64,000 nt of DNA from Theionarchaea archaeon (GTDB lineage Archaea; Methanobacteriota_B; Thermococci; Methanofastidiosales; SZ-28-30), in the NCBI GenBank assembly GCA_018992685.1, contig JACVGT010000031.1:11631-75630 (forward strand), in the 5' to 3' direction. Every line of letters starts with the position of its first letter. The first letter of the stretch is position 1. Positions 10,585-20,549 of this stretch are shown here, piece by piece. Position numbers and translations under genes: made by a program. The notes below the pieces were generated by a model. The model was given only the letters and a program-made list of their open reading frames with translations, was not told the DNA's origin and searched no databases.

Positions 10585-11066
10585 GGGGTATCACCTCCCT
10601 GGTGAGGCCCCCTCTGATTTCTGCATTTGGGACCTCCCGGCCCTCGTCTGCATCCTCTGTCTTCTGGAGCTCTGTGAAAATTCTCAGAGCCGCATTCAGG
10701 GCAGGCAGGTGGTCTTCCTGTTCCGTACGGGAGTTCCCATTCTTGACCGCAATCATAACATCTGAATTTTCTTTGTCTCAAAACATAATCACCTCCTCCT
10801 ATGCGGAGGGCTTTACCCAGGACCACGGCTTCTGCGATTTTCTTGTGTGCCTCTTTCAGCATTCTGTGGAGTGTAGGCTGCGAAATGCCCATGACTGCAG
10901 CAGCCTCTGTCTGCTCTTTCCCCTCCAGGTCCACCAGCCGAATGGCTTCCAGCTCATCTACCTGAAGTGCTATCTCTTCCAGAACCGTCAGTCCTACTCC
11001 TCGAGGTTTGAAGTAGGCACAGTGTGGGCCTGATTGGACTCTTCTACATCGCCGTGGTCTTGGCAT
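10581..11066 (-). CDS. DUF134 (UPF0251) HTH protein with C-terminal zinc ribbon
   Basis: MPRPRRCRRV, ELEAIRLVDLEG, AAAVMGISQPT; CxxC...CPEC. Confidence 0.9.
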   Translation of the reverse strand: MPRPRRCRRVQSGPHCAYFKPRGVGLTVLEEIALQVDELEAIRLVDLEGKEQTEAAAVMGISQPTLHRMLKEAHKKIAEAVVLGKALRIGGGDYVLRQRKFRCYDCGQEWELPYGTGRPPACPECGSENFHRAPEDRGCRRGPGGPKCRNQRGPHQGGDTP

Positions 11067-11249
11067 GTTATGAATATATATTCATTACTTATAAAGGTGT
11101 CTGTCATCATCCACTCCATTTCATGAAGAGTCTACTGGAATATCTGGATGTGGCACCTTTACCCCCCTGACACATGGGTTCTCCCCATATTTGGGTAAGA
11201 CTCTGGGACGCTACGCAAACCATTATAAGCAGAGTGACTATTCTACACC

Positions 11250-11693
11250 ATGAATGTCGTGTGGGAACTTATCTTTATCTCAATGCTTCCCTGGATAGAG
11301 CTCAGGGGTGGCATTCCTGTTGGAATCAGCAAGGGTCTTGATCCTCTGGCTGTCTTTGCTGTCTGCACGGTGACAGATATTCTTATCATTCCGCTCATCC
11401 TGGTCTTCTTACGATATGCAGTCCCATTGGTCCTCAGGATAGAAAGGATAAATCGATTGTACCAATGGAACGTGGTGAGAACCTTGAAAAGATATGAGAA
11501 ATACAGGAAATGGGAGGAATTGGGATTGGCTTTATTTGTTGCCATACCGTTACCTTTTACAGGGGTATACTCAGGTACGTTAGTATCGTACATTCTGGAC
11601 TTCAAAAAGAGAGAAGCGGTTCTTTCCATATCGTGTGGCGCAATTTTGGCGGGAATTTTGGTAACCGCTTTGAGTGTTGGCATCCTAGGATAA
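11250..11693 (+). CDS. COG2426 / small multi-drug export family membrane protein
   Basis: SMLPWIELRGGIP and FVAIPLPFTG motifs. Confidence 0.9.
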   Translation: MNVVWELIFISMLPWIELRGGIPVGISKGLDPLAVFAVCTVTDILIIPLILVFLRYAVPLVLRIERINRLYQWNVVRTLKRYEKYRKWEELGLALFVAIPLPFTGVYSGTLVSYILDFKKREAVLSISCGAILAGILVTALSVGILG

Positions 11694-11722
11694 CTATATA
11701 AACTGGAAAAGGAGGTGGGTTT

Positions 11723-12265
11723 ATGCAAGCCCAAGTACACAAAGAAGATGATTCTAGTTATAGATCGGGAAAAGGATATTCCTTATCCGAAGTTGAAAAG
11801 AGCGGGATACGTGTCTCTCAAGTGAGAAAACTGGGGATATATGTAGACCCTCGCAGGCGGACTCTTCATGAATTCAATGTTCAGCAACTAATAGCATTAG
11901 TAGAAGAAAGGCAGAACCAGCTGAGAGAGGAAGCTGAGAAAGCACGCAGAGAAGAAGTAGAAATGAAAGAAGAAAAGGAATCCAGGAAGAAGGCCAAGAA
12001 AGAAGGAGAGAAAAAGAAGGAGAAAAGGGCAGAGAAGAAGAAGATCGAAAAGAAGGTAGAAGTCAAGAAAGAGAAAGCTCCTGAAGGTCCTCTTGATCTC
12101 ACTGAAATAAAAGGTGTCGGGAAAAAGAGGGCAGAAACATTTCTCAAAGCAGGAATTCAGACTGTAGAAGACCTGATTGCTGCTGACACTGGAGAACTGG
12201 CGGAAAAGACCCAGTTCACAGAGGATTACATCGAAACACTCAAAGAGAGGGCCAAGGAACTATGA
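11723..12265 (+). CDS. rpl13e: 50S ribosomal protein L13e with charged linker and C-terminal helix-hairpin-helix domain
   Basis: RSGKGYSLSEV..GI.....RKLGIYVDPRRRT...NV matches L13e; LTEIKGVGKKRAETFLKAGIQTVEDL is an HhH. Confidence 0.8.
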   Translation: MQAQVHKEDDSSYRSGKGYSLSEVEKSGIRVSQVRKLGIYVDPRRRTLHEFNVQQLIALVEERQNQLREEAEKARREEVEMKEEKESRKKAKKEGEKKKEKRAEKKKIEKKVEVKKEKAPEGPLDLTEIKGVGKKRAETFLKAGIQTVEDLIAADTGELAEKTQFTEDYIETLKERAKEL

Positions 12266-12765
12266 GCCCAGAGGAAGCTCTCCTCCTCCTCAGAGATGTA
12301 GCGTGCCAGGATAACGTTGTGGAGCACTGTGTGGCTGTGGCTGCAACTGGGGTGGCTCTTGCCGAGAATGTGCAGCGTGACCACCCTGTTGACATCTCTC
12401 TGGTACAGACGGGAGGCCTCATCCACGATATTGGAAGAGCGCTCACCCATGGAATTGATCATGGCGTGGTGGGTGCCCAGCTCCTGAGAGAACGTGGCAT
12501 CAGTGGTCCACTCCAGCTGATCTGTGAGCGTCATGTATGCGCAGGAATTCCCAGTGAGGTGGCTGTGGAAATTGGGCTGCCTCCCAGAGACTTCATTCCT
12601 CGCACTCTGGAGGAAAAGATCGTGTGCCACGCAGATAACCTGACGAACCACACATTCGAAGATCTTCAACAGAGCTGGCGGAATTTCTTCGGAGAGAAAC
12701 ATGGCGAAGTCATAGTACGCTATCTGAACAATCTCCACAGTGAGCTCACCCCGTACCTTGTCTGA
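12262..12765 (+). CDS. HD-domain phosphohydrolase (HDIG, TIGR00295-like)
   Basis: H...HDIGR...HGVVG...ERH...EEKIVCHAD. Confidence 0.92.
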   Translation: MSPEEALLLLRDVACQDNVVEHCVAVAATGVALAENVQRDHPVDISLVQTGGLIHDIGRALTHGIDHGVVGAQLLRERGISGPLQLICERHVCAGIPSEVAVEIGLPPRDFIPRTLEEKIVCHADNLTNHTFEDLQQSWRNFFGEKHGEVIVRYLNNLHSELTPYLV

Positions 12766-12846
12766 GACCTGAACTCGAATGCCAGGATATGTTGCAGCAC
12801 TGTAGTTTTACAAACCCTTAAATAGATTCTTTCCCTCTTGGGGAGT

Positions 12847-13068
12847 ATGGTCACTGCTTTTGTATTGTGTGGGGTCTCTCCAGGAACAGAACGTGCAGTC
12901 TTACAGAAACTGCAGAGAATCTCTCAAGAGGCCCACATCATCTACGGCCAGTACGACCTGATTGCCAAAATCTCTGTGGATCGATGCGAAGATCTAGAAG
13001 CTTTTATAAGCAAGCTGCGAGACATTAAAGAAATCCAGAATACCCATACCTGGATTACGATGGACTAG
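12847..13068 (+). CDS. Stand-alone Lrp/AsnC ligand-binding (RAM) domain protein
   Basis: HIIYGQYDLIAKI motif; about 73 aa; no HTH. Confidence 0.88.
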   Translation: MVTAFVLCGVSPGTERAVLQKLQRISQEAHIIYGQYDLIAKISVDRCEDLEAFISKLRDIKEIQNTHTWITMD

Positions 13069-13085
13069 ATAGACTAGGTGATATT

Positions 13086-13400
13086 GTGGAGTTTTGTCCT
13101 GAATGCGGCGGCCTTCTCTTGCCCAGAGAGGGGTTGCTTCAATGTCGCTGCGGATACAGCAAAGAGATAGGAAAAGAGGAGAAGGAACGGTATGCTCTCA
13201 ATGAAGAGCCGAAAGAAGCCCGAGAAATACCGGTTATAGAAGAGGAATTTCAGCAGATGCCTATAGCACGGGCGCAGTGCAGAAAGTGCGGCAATACGGA
13301 GGCATACTACTGGATGCTTCAAACAAGATCGGCTGATGAGCCTGCAACCAAGTTTTATCGGTGCACAAAGTGCAAGTACACGTGGAGAGAGTACGACTAG
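13086..13400 (+). CDS. tfs: Archaeal transcription factor S
   Basis: FCPECG zinc ribbon; QTRSADEP...YRCTKC with the intact acidic DE hairpin. Confidence 0.97.
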   Translation: MEFCPECGGLLLPREGLLQCRCGYSKEIGKEEKERYALNEEPKEAREIPVIEEEFQQMPIARAQCRKCGNTEAYYWMLQTRSADEPATKFYRCTKCKYTWREYD

Positions 13401-14003
13401 CTACTCACCAAACAGGCGCAGTATACTCATGGAAAGCCGGTGAACTTCCATTTCTTTCTCCAGGAGGCTCAGCTGTTTCACGGAGAGAGATGAGGGATCA
13501 AGAGGGATGATGAGGGTTGCATTGTTCAAGATGATCAGATCGTTAAGAGCCTGGAGAAATCGCAGTGTTGTCTCAAATCCATTGTGCATGATCAGGTATT
13601 CCAGTCCGTCCAGAAAAACAACAGCACATTCTCTATCCCTGATGAAATCTCTGATGAGATGCGTTAGTTTGGCCAGGCTGTTGGGATCGATACTGTAGGG
13701 ACTTTCTTCTCTGGATAGCCACAGAATGTCTACATCCTCAGGCATCTCGTTCTTCTGCATTTTATCAGGAAATGTGCGCGTGATAACCATCCCGCAGCCT
13801 TTTCTGCCTTCGCTCAGCTTGTGGAACAAGGATAATCCTCTAACGTATCCTTTTTCCTTGACAAGATATGAAATTCCCAGTTCCCATTCGGTGGCTTTAA
13901 GGCTCTTTGAGTACCTGAAGACATTGTAGAGGAGGATTACTACCGTGATCGCTGTCCCTACTGCAAGAATAGCCAAAACTGTAACCGCACCTGTACTTAC
14001 CAT
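13401..14003 (-). CDS. DUF835 domain protein with N-terminal TM
   Basis: VITR, WLS, VVFLDGLEYLIMHNGF. Confidence 0.88.
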   Translation of the reverse strand: MVSTGAVTVLAILAVGTAITVVILLYNVFRYSKSLKATEWELGISYLVKEKGYVRGLSLFHKLSEGRKGCGMVITRTFPDKMQKNEMPEDVDILWLSREESPYSIDPNSLAKLTHLIRDFIRDRECAVVFLDGLEYLIMHNGFETTLRFLQALNDLIILNNATLIIPLDPSSLSVKQLSLLEKEMEVHRLSMSILRLFGE

Positions 14004-14189
14004 GGTTCCTACCCTTCATCGGGTTTTACTCTCCCGCTTAAAAAGCTTTTGTAGAGATTGGGTAATCATCTAGATGATTTGTAGATTTTCCAATCGTGAC
14101 ATGCCCTTGGTTAGGGGGGAGCTGCCCAGCGGGACAGACAATGCCAAAATTTATATGGTCTTTCAGGTTAATCCTTGAAAGGTGAGTTC

Positions 14190-15584
14190 ATGTCCCTGAA
14201 ACTATATAACACACTGACTAACCAGAAAGAGGAATTCAACCCCATTGAGAAGAATAAGGTGAGGATGTATGTATGTGGCCCCACGGTGTATGACAAGTGT
14301 CACATAGGTCATGCTAGGTGTTATATTGCGTTTGACGTCATTCGAAGGTACCTGGAGTACTGTGGGCATGATGTCACCTTCGTGGAAAATTTTACAGATG
14401 TTGATGACAAGTTAATTAGGAAATCCAATGAGACAGGGGAAGACCCTTTTGAGATTGCAGAGAGAAATATTGGGGATTACTTTCGGGACATGGATGCCCT
14501 GAATGTGAAGCGGGCAGACATGTACCCCAGGGCAACCCAGCATATACCTGACATGATCGCCTTCATTGAGCGGTTGCTGGAAAAGGGCGATGCGTATGTG
14601 GCTGATGGGGATGTCTACTTTTCTGTGGAGAAGGTGGCAGACTACGGGAGGCTTTCGGGGGTCAATGTCGAACAGATGAAGGCGGGAGCCAGAATTGCCG
14701 TTGATGAGAAAAAGAGGGACCCCTTGGACTTTGCACTGTGGAAAAAGGCCAAGGAAGGCGAACCCAAGTGGGAAAGCCCCTGGGGAGAAGGAAGACCGGG
14801 GTGGCACATTGAGTGTTCTGCCATGTCTCTGAAGCACCTGGGAGAGACACTGGACATTCATGGAGGAGGTCAGGACCTCATTTTTCCCCATCACGAGAAT
14901 GAGATGGCTCAGTCTGAGGCGTGTTCAGGTAAACAGTTCGTGCGTTACTGGCTGCACAACGGATTTGTCACCATTCGAGAAGAGAAAATGTCCAAATCTC
15001 TGGGAAATATTGTTTCTGTGGAGGACCTGCTTCAGGAGTATTCTCCTGAAACGCTGAGATATTTCCTGGTGGCATCTTACTACAGGAAACCCATTGATTT
15101 TGATGAAGATGCTCTTGAAGAAGCGAAGAAGGCAGTTGCAAGGCTGTTGAATACGGTGGACCTGGTGAAGGAAGCTAGGCAGGGGGACTTCACCGGTGAA
15201 TCCTTGTCAACAGACCACTACCGGCAGCAATTCCAGGAAGCAATGAACGATGATTTTAACACACCTGCTGCCCTGGCAGTGCTATTCGAACTGGCGAGAG
15301 ATGTTAACAGGCGGATTGAAGAGAAGAATGTTGACAAAGAGTCACTTGAGAATGTACTGAATACGTTCATGGAACTGGGTGGTGACGTTTTAGGCCTGTT
15401 TTTCGAGGTCAAACATGAGGAATTTTCAGAGGAACTGCTTGAGATACTCATTTCCGTCAGGGAACAGGTTAGAAAAAAGAACCTGTGGGACATTTCGGAT
15501 ACCATAAGGGATCGTCTGAGAGAGATCGGAATTGCCTTGGAAGATACCCCTGAAGGCACCCGGTGGAAATTCGTTCGAGACTAG
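14190..15584 (+). CDS. cysS: Cysteine--tRNA ligase
   Basis: CGPTVY, HIGH, GRPGWHIECSAM, KMSKS. Confidence 0.98.
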   Translation: MSLKLYNTLTNQKEEFNPIEKNKVRMYVCGPTVYDKCHIGHARCYIAFDVIRRYLEYCGHDVTFVENFTDVDDKLIRKSNETGEDPFEIAERNIGDYFRDMDALNVKRADMYPRATQHIPDMIAFIERLLEKGDAYVADGDVYFSVEKVADYGRLSGVNVEQMKAGARIAVDEKKRDPLDFALWKKAKEGEPKWESPWGEGRPGWHIECSAMSLKHLGETLDIHGGGQDLIFPHHENEMAQSEACSGKQFVRYWLHNGFVTIREEKMSKSLGNIVSVEDLLQEYSPETLRYFLVASYYRKPIDFDEDALEEAKKAVARLLNTVDLVKEARQGDFTGESLSTDHYRQQFQEAMNDDFNTPAALAVLFELARDVNRRIEEKNVDKESLENVLNTFMELGGDVLGLFFEVKHEEFSEELLEILISVREQVRKKNLWDISDTIRDRLREIGIALEDTPEGTRWKFVRD

Positions 15585-15668
15585 TTGGAAGGGCGTTCTC
15601 TTAAGGAGAGGAGCCACTGAGTGTACCGTGAGAAAGGCTTATAACGCAATTAGTCATAGAAGACAGAG

Positions 15669-15740
15669 GCCGGGGTCGCCTAGAGGCTATGGCCGCGGAC
15701 TGCAGATCCGCTCACGTGAGTTCAAGTCTCACCCCCGGCT
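15669..15740 (+). tRNA. tRNA-Cys (GCA), intronless, CCA not encoded
   Basis: Acceptor GCCGGGG/CCCCGGC plus U73; anticodon arm GCGGA-CT-GCA-GA-TCCGC; T arm GTGAG-TTCAAGT-CTCAC. Confidence 0.96.
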
Positions 15741-15931
15741 CTCATACGATGGCTTTTAAGCTCTCTTCACTTCTTAAGGATTTTAATGCAGTGGAGCTTT
15801 TGCAGGAAGCTTTGATCGTCTATAGAAAGCTTCACATGCCAGAAAATACTGTAATATATGACGTTATCAATTGGTTCTTGTGGGGACTTAGAGGATGGTG
15901 CGTTGACTACTCTTTGCCCGGACTCCTCATG

Positions 15932-17659
15932 TTATCTGTGAAGAAAATCGCCTGGTCCTCGATCAACTCTCTTTCCCAGCAGGAGGACTAGAGGCAGCAA
16001 AGATGGGACAAACATGAGAAATCCTATGGATTGATTTCGTTTCTCCTCTGCAATCTCTTGAAGTTTCCTATCAAGTTCCTTCGAACAAGTGGTGCAATAG
16101 TCCCAGTGATTTGAAGACATGATACATTTTCCTTCATGGTCATCAAGCCCAAGGATATGGCCTATTTCGTGCGCTACAGTGAAAGACTTTCCAGTACTGC
16201 AGTATGCAACATTTGAACGTGGAAGCCGGAAGCCCAAACCATTGCCGCAGCACTCTTTCTCGTTGATTAGGACCACATACACATCTCCTTCGGGCACCTG
16301 CTCTCTGGACCTAAACCTAAGAAATTTCAGATGGTACCAGGTCTCCCAAATGAACGGCGGGCAGCCAAGTGGACCCATGTCTGCTTCATCCCAGAATACT
16401 ACATCTGGGTTCAGGAAGTTTTCAATATGGGAATACTCAAAAAAATGATCATATTGAGTTCTTGCCTCATTCTCGTAGCTTTCATGATTCCCATCCCAGC
16501 CACCAGGAACAAATACGATCCTGAATCTAGTTCTCTCGCTTACTCTACATCGCATATTGAGATAGATGGTTGTGTCTTCTTCACAACTGAGAAAGACAGT
16601 TTCTTCGACAGTTTCACAGCCATATTTCTTTAATTGGATTGTATGCTTTCCAGCGGGTAATGGAACTCCACAAATTCCATCAGAAGTAGTCGAACTTGCT
16701 CGATCTGCAGGTCCTCCACTTTCTGTAAGTCTATATTCGCCGTCAACATACAAGTCATATTCATATATATTGCAATGAATCCACAGAAGCGTGTTTTCGC
16801 ATTCTTTTTTGCTACAGTCACAATCTGAATCATCACAATCAATCTTGCCATCACCATCATCATCTCTTCCATTGTTGCAGTCCTCGTTTGGAACGACATC
16901 AGGACATCCATCACCATCTTGATAACCATCGTAATTTTCCTTTTCATGAGGGCAGTCGTCGTAGCAATCTTTTATTCCATCGGAGTCAGAGTCTCTCCTG
17001 CAAGGATCGCAATCTGAGTGCTGCCTACAATCTGAATCATCACAATCAATCTTGCCATCACCATCATCATCTCTTCCATTGTTGCAGTCTTCATAACAAT
17101 CCATTGTCACATGAATCGTTGTTGAATGTCCACATTCTATTCTAGCAGTCTTTGTTATGGTATCGCACCCGTCCTTCTTCAGTTTCACCGAATATGTTCC
17201 TGCCTCCAGTTTTATCCCACATTCTCCGTCACCATCTTCAGTGAGTTCATAGTTGCCATCTATGTAGAGTTCATAACCTGCGATATTGCATTTGACAATG
17301 AGCCACTCTTCGCATTCTTCTGGAGAACCACACTCAGCGCATGAGCTGATATAATATGCTTCTTTGGCATCCCACATAACTCGTACTTCACCTCCAGATT
17401 CGCATCGTACAGACATCCACTTTGGATTTATGAATTTCATGTAATAACCCAGGTAGCTCTCCGGGGGATCATCCAGGTAGACAATCCCTCCCTCACATAA
17501 CTCCATGGGAACGAATTGGCAACCCTCTACATTGTCCCAATAACTATATACAAAACCACAGAGAGTTTCTTCTCCGAGCGAAACATTACTTGTCATTCCA
17601 GAAAGAAGACTAAGGGCAAAGATGCCCATCACTACCACATATCTTTTCATCATAACCAT
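15932..17659 (-). CDS. Secreted, C-terminally anchored metzincin-type protease with PEGA-like domains and Asp/Cys-rich Ca-binding repeats
   Basis: Signal peptide; two PEGA-like units (LYIDG...AGTYSVKLKKDGC); DDDGDGKIDCDDSDC x2; TSP3-like DSDSDGIKD; HEIGHILGLDDH...CIMS; C-terminal TM. Confidence 0.8.
   Translation of the reverse strand: MVMMKRYVVVMGIFALSLLSGMTSNVSLGEETLCGFVYSYWDNVEGCQFVPMELCEGGIVYLDDPPESYLGYYMKFINPKWMSVRCESGGEVRVMWDAKEAYYISSCAECGSPEECEEWLIVKCNIAGYELYIDGNYELTEDGDGECGIKLEAGTYSVKLKKDGCDTITKTARIECGHSTTIHVTMDCYEDCNNGRDDDGDGKIDCDDSDCRQHSDCDPCRRDSDSDGIKDCYDDCPHEKENYDGYQDGDGCPDVVPNEDCNNGRDDDGDGKIDCDDSDCDCSKKECENTLLWIHCNIYEYDLYVDGEYRLTESGGPADRASSTTSDGICGVPLPAGKHTIQLKKYGCETVEETVFLSCEEDTTIYLNMRCRVSERTRFRIVFVPGGWDGNHESYENEARTQYDHFFEYSHIENFLNPDVVFWDEADMGPLGCPPFIWETWYHLKFLRFRSREQVPEGDVYVVLINEKECCGNGLGFRLPRSNVAYCSTGKSFTVAHEIGHILGLDDHEGKCIMSSNHWDYCTTCSKELDRKLQEIAEEKRNQSIGFLMFVPSLLPLVLLLGKRVDRGPGDFLHR
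16820..17089. repeat. Exact 63-bp direct repeat (16820-16882 and 17027-17089) inside the protease gene
   Basis: Both copies are identical by eye and encode DCNNGRDDDGDGKIDCDDSDC. Confidence 0.9.
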
Positions 17660-18139
17660 CTCATTCAGGTCTCCTTATCATCCTTAATAAGTTTTTCGTG
17701 GATTCAGAGCAGCAAATCAAGACAACATTCTCCATTTGCTCACTGTCAATTCTTGAGTCAATCCCCATCATGGGTCATTGCGGACTCAGATACTGACTGA
17801 AATAGACGAAAAGCTCAATCATTCAATTGGAAAAGAGAAGATCACTGATACCTGTGTAATATCAAGGAAGAAGAAGTGATTCAACACAGAAAACTTCCTT
17901 ATGAAGACAGAGTCTTCTTGGATTCTCTTTGTTTCCATGGTTTTTTGATCTTCGTATCTACTCTCTCTCAGAAAGTGCAGGAACCTTGGTCCTTGAGCTG
18001 CTTCTACCGTTTATTGTTCATTTAATGATTGAAATCCAGTCGGCAAGCGTTTCAATGAGTGGGAAAAGAACCCTACCAGGAAAGAGTGGCCTGGATAAGA
18101 AGAGTTACTTTTTTATTGTTACGTGTATTTACTCGGTCG

Positions 18140-19051
18140 ATGAAACTCCGTATCGAAGACGTGGTGGAACGGTGTAATCGCACATTTGTCCACATCGGTG
18201 GAGACTTCGTGCTCATAGAGGATTCTCCCATTCAGTGTCCATTCCTGCGAATTGGGTCCTGGCAGGGGGCATGGGTTGCTCTCTATTTGAGGAAATTACA
18301 GTTTGGACAGTTCACTGATGACAGACAGGTCAGAGACAGACAAAAGTACGTTCCATTCGGAGCCACTGAAATTATAACGGAGGCCCTGAGAGCAGGAATC
18401 CTGGATGCTTGTGTGCTGGTGTGTGATGGAGCAGGAACTGTCATTACTACAGACCCTGAGATCGTACAGGGAATAGGGGGCCGGATGAGCGGCCTCGTGT
18501 ATACCACCCCTCGGCAGAGCGTGATCCGAAGACTCCATGATGAAGGTGCCATTGTGGTGGATCCGGTGAAAGCCAGCATAAATCCAGTGCAGGGAGCAAA
18601 AAGGGCATCCGAGATCTACAGGAGAATCGCAGTGACCACCACTGCAAACTCTTCTATCGAAGAACTGGAAAACCTCCCAGGCGTTGTGACCTTTGTGGTT
18701 CACACCACAGGCATCACCCCGGAACAGGCTTCATATGCAAAAAAATCGGACATCGTCTGGGGATGTGCCTCCAAGTATGTCCGCAAAGTGGTGGGAAGGA
18801 ATGCTGTGCTCCAGCTGGGGGTAGGAATACCCGTTTTCGTGCTTTCTGAGAAAGGGTTATCCGTGATCCAGCCTCAAATAACTACTTTATCCCATGAAAC
18901 AGGTACACTATTAGATCAGAACAGGGAAGCCATTCTCTTGGGCTCCCCTCATGTTATTTACCACAGAAGGACGTTCCAAGGGACATCACTGACAATAGAA
19001 AAGGCAGTATTGCCTGTTTTGCGCCATGCAGGTCCTCATCCCCTGCTCTAG
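18140..19051 (+). CDS. DUF2099 family protein (methanogenesis marker 8 homologue)
   Basis: VPFGATEI, VCDGAGTVI, VQGIGGRMSGLV.TTP, VHTTG, GCASK. Confidence 0.85.
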   Translation: MKLRIEDVVERCNRTFVHIGGDFVLIEDSPIQCPFLRIGSWQGAWVALYLRKLQFGQFTDDRQVRDRQKYVPFGATEIITEALRAGILDACVLVCDGAGTVITTDPEIVQGIGGRMSGLVYTTPRQSVIRRLHDEGAIVVDPVKASINPVQGAKRASEIYRRIAVTTTANSSIEELENLPGVVTFVVHTTGITPEQASYAKKSDIVWGCASKYVRKVVGRNAVLQLGVGIPVFVLSEKGLSVIQPQITTLSHETGTLLDQNREAILLGSPHVIYHRRTFQGTSLTIEKAVLPVLRHAGPHPLL

Positions 19052-19139
19052 GGTAACCACATCACAATAATATCCATGGAGGATGAAGGTGGGGCTGTGA
19101 TTGAGCAATCTTTTTATACACAGGCCCCTTCACCATAAT

Positions 19140-20018
19140 ATGGAACCTGAAAAAAAGAAACGAATTATTGACACAGGAGGAATTCTCTTTGCATTGTTTA
19201 TCCTGCTCCTGGGAGTCTTCTCAATGTTGCTTGATGTATCACCTTTTGCTGGGATTTTCTATCTGCTGAAGTTTTGGCCGGTGTTGTTGATAGGTCTCGG
19301 GATATGGCTTGTCTTCAAACATGCACAACATGAGGGCATAGGTGCTGTGGTTCTGGCAGTGCTCCTTGTGGTGGCAGTGTACAGTGCTTTCTCTCAGGTG
19401 GAGGTGCAGTCATTCCATAGCGAGGAGAAAGAGCTTTCCTCTGGCTTGACAGACCTTGAAGCATCGCTGGATTTGCTGTTCGGTGTGTTCTCTGTGGACG
19501 CCGCCTCAGATAACCTCTACATCCTTAAGGGATATGAATCCATGGACTCCAGTTTCTACACTGCTGGAAGCACGGGCTACCTTGATCTTTCGTTGACAGC
19601 TGAATCATTTATCCCTCTGGCTGGATCACACGAGGCGGAAATTCTCCTCACAGACACCCTGCCCCTAGTAGTTCATGCAGATGCAGCCTTTTCGACGGTG
19701 AAATTCGATGCCTCCCGTCTCAACATACAGGAACTTGTTATTACTGGGGGACTGTCCAGCTTTGAGCTGGTGTTGGGGGAAACGAATACTGACATCTCTC
19801 TTTCCATGGGCATGTCATCAGTCACGATTTATGTTCCCCAGACTGTGGGGGTTAGGATCGTTTCCACTGGGCTGACATCTTTGTCTGTGCCTACTGGCTG
19901 GATAAAAATCGATGATGGATACATGAGTCCCAACTATGATACAGCACTCTACAGGATTGAAGTAGACTCAAGCACAGGATTGGGAACAATCGTTGTAAAG
20001 TACGTGGACTTGTTCTGA
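19140..20018 (+). CDS. LiaF/LiaI-like membrane protein with C-terminal beta-rich domain
   Basis: KFWPVLLIGLGIWL motif, 3 TMs, repetitive beta strands. Confidence 0.7.
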   Translation: MEPEKKKRIIDTGGILFALFILLLGVFSMLLDVSPFAGIFYLLKFWPVLLIGLGIWLVFKHAQHEGIGAVVLAVLLVVAVYSAFSQVEVQSFHSEEKELSSGLTDLEASLDLLFGVFSVDAASDNLYILKGYESMDSSFYTAGSTGYLDLSLTAESFIPLAGSHEAEILLTDTLPLVVHADAAFSTVKFDASRLNIQELVITGGLSSFELVLGETNTDISLSMGMSSVTIYVPQTVGVRIVSTGLTSLSVPTGWIKIDDGYMSPNYDTALYRIEVDSSTGLGTIVVKYVDLF

Positions 20019-20549
20019 GCCAGAGCCTGTGTCTTCACAAGCTCCAACACTCATGACCTGTTGGATTCACGGACCATGTCAGAAGACCTGAAGAATTCGT
20101 CCACATGAAGGGAGCTCCTCAATCAGAACAGTCTTTTCCTGTTGAAAGGAAATATACCCGTTGTACTACCGCCTTACCTGAAGGTACTATCACAGTCCTT
20201 CCCAAATTAGAGAGTAGTGGCATGATGGAATGGATGGGAGAGAGTATCCAGTGCCAACACGAGAACAGGTTGCAGGCCTATTTCCTCACAAGAGCAAGCG
20301 TGTAGCACAAGAGTCCCACAGGGGATTGACCATTTAGAATTAGCACTCAAGTATCATAAAATACACAAAACCATTCTGAACCAGAGTGCATCAGCTCTCA
20401 TAAGCTCTATCACCGGTCAATTATTGGATTCATTCATCATCTGCACTACGTGTATCTCTTTCCTTTTTGAATTCTTCATATTCAGTGGGATTCACTACGC
20501 ACAGGGGAATCTTCCGCGCTGTCTCTCGAGATCCAATCCACGCATGTAC

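Noticed and set aside
15749-15860. TPR-like fragment LLQEALIVYRKL after the tRNA
   Set aside because: It is too short to support a pseudogene call.
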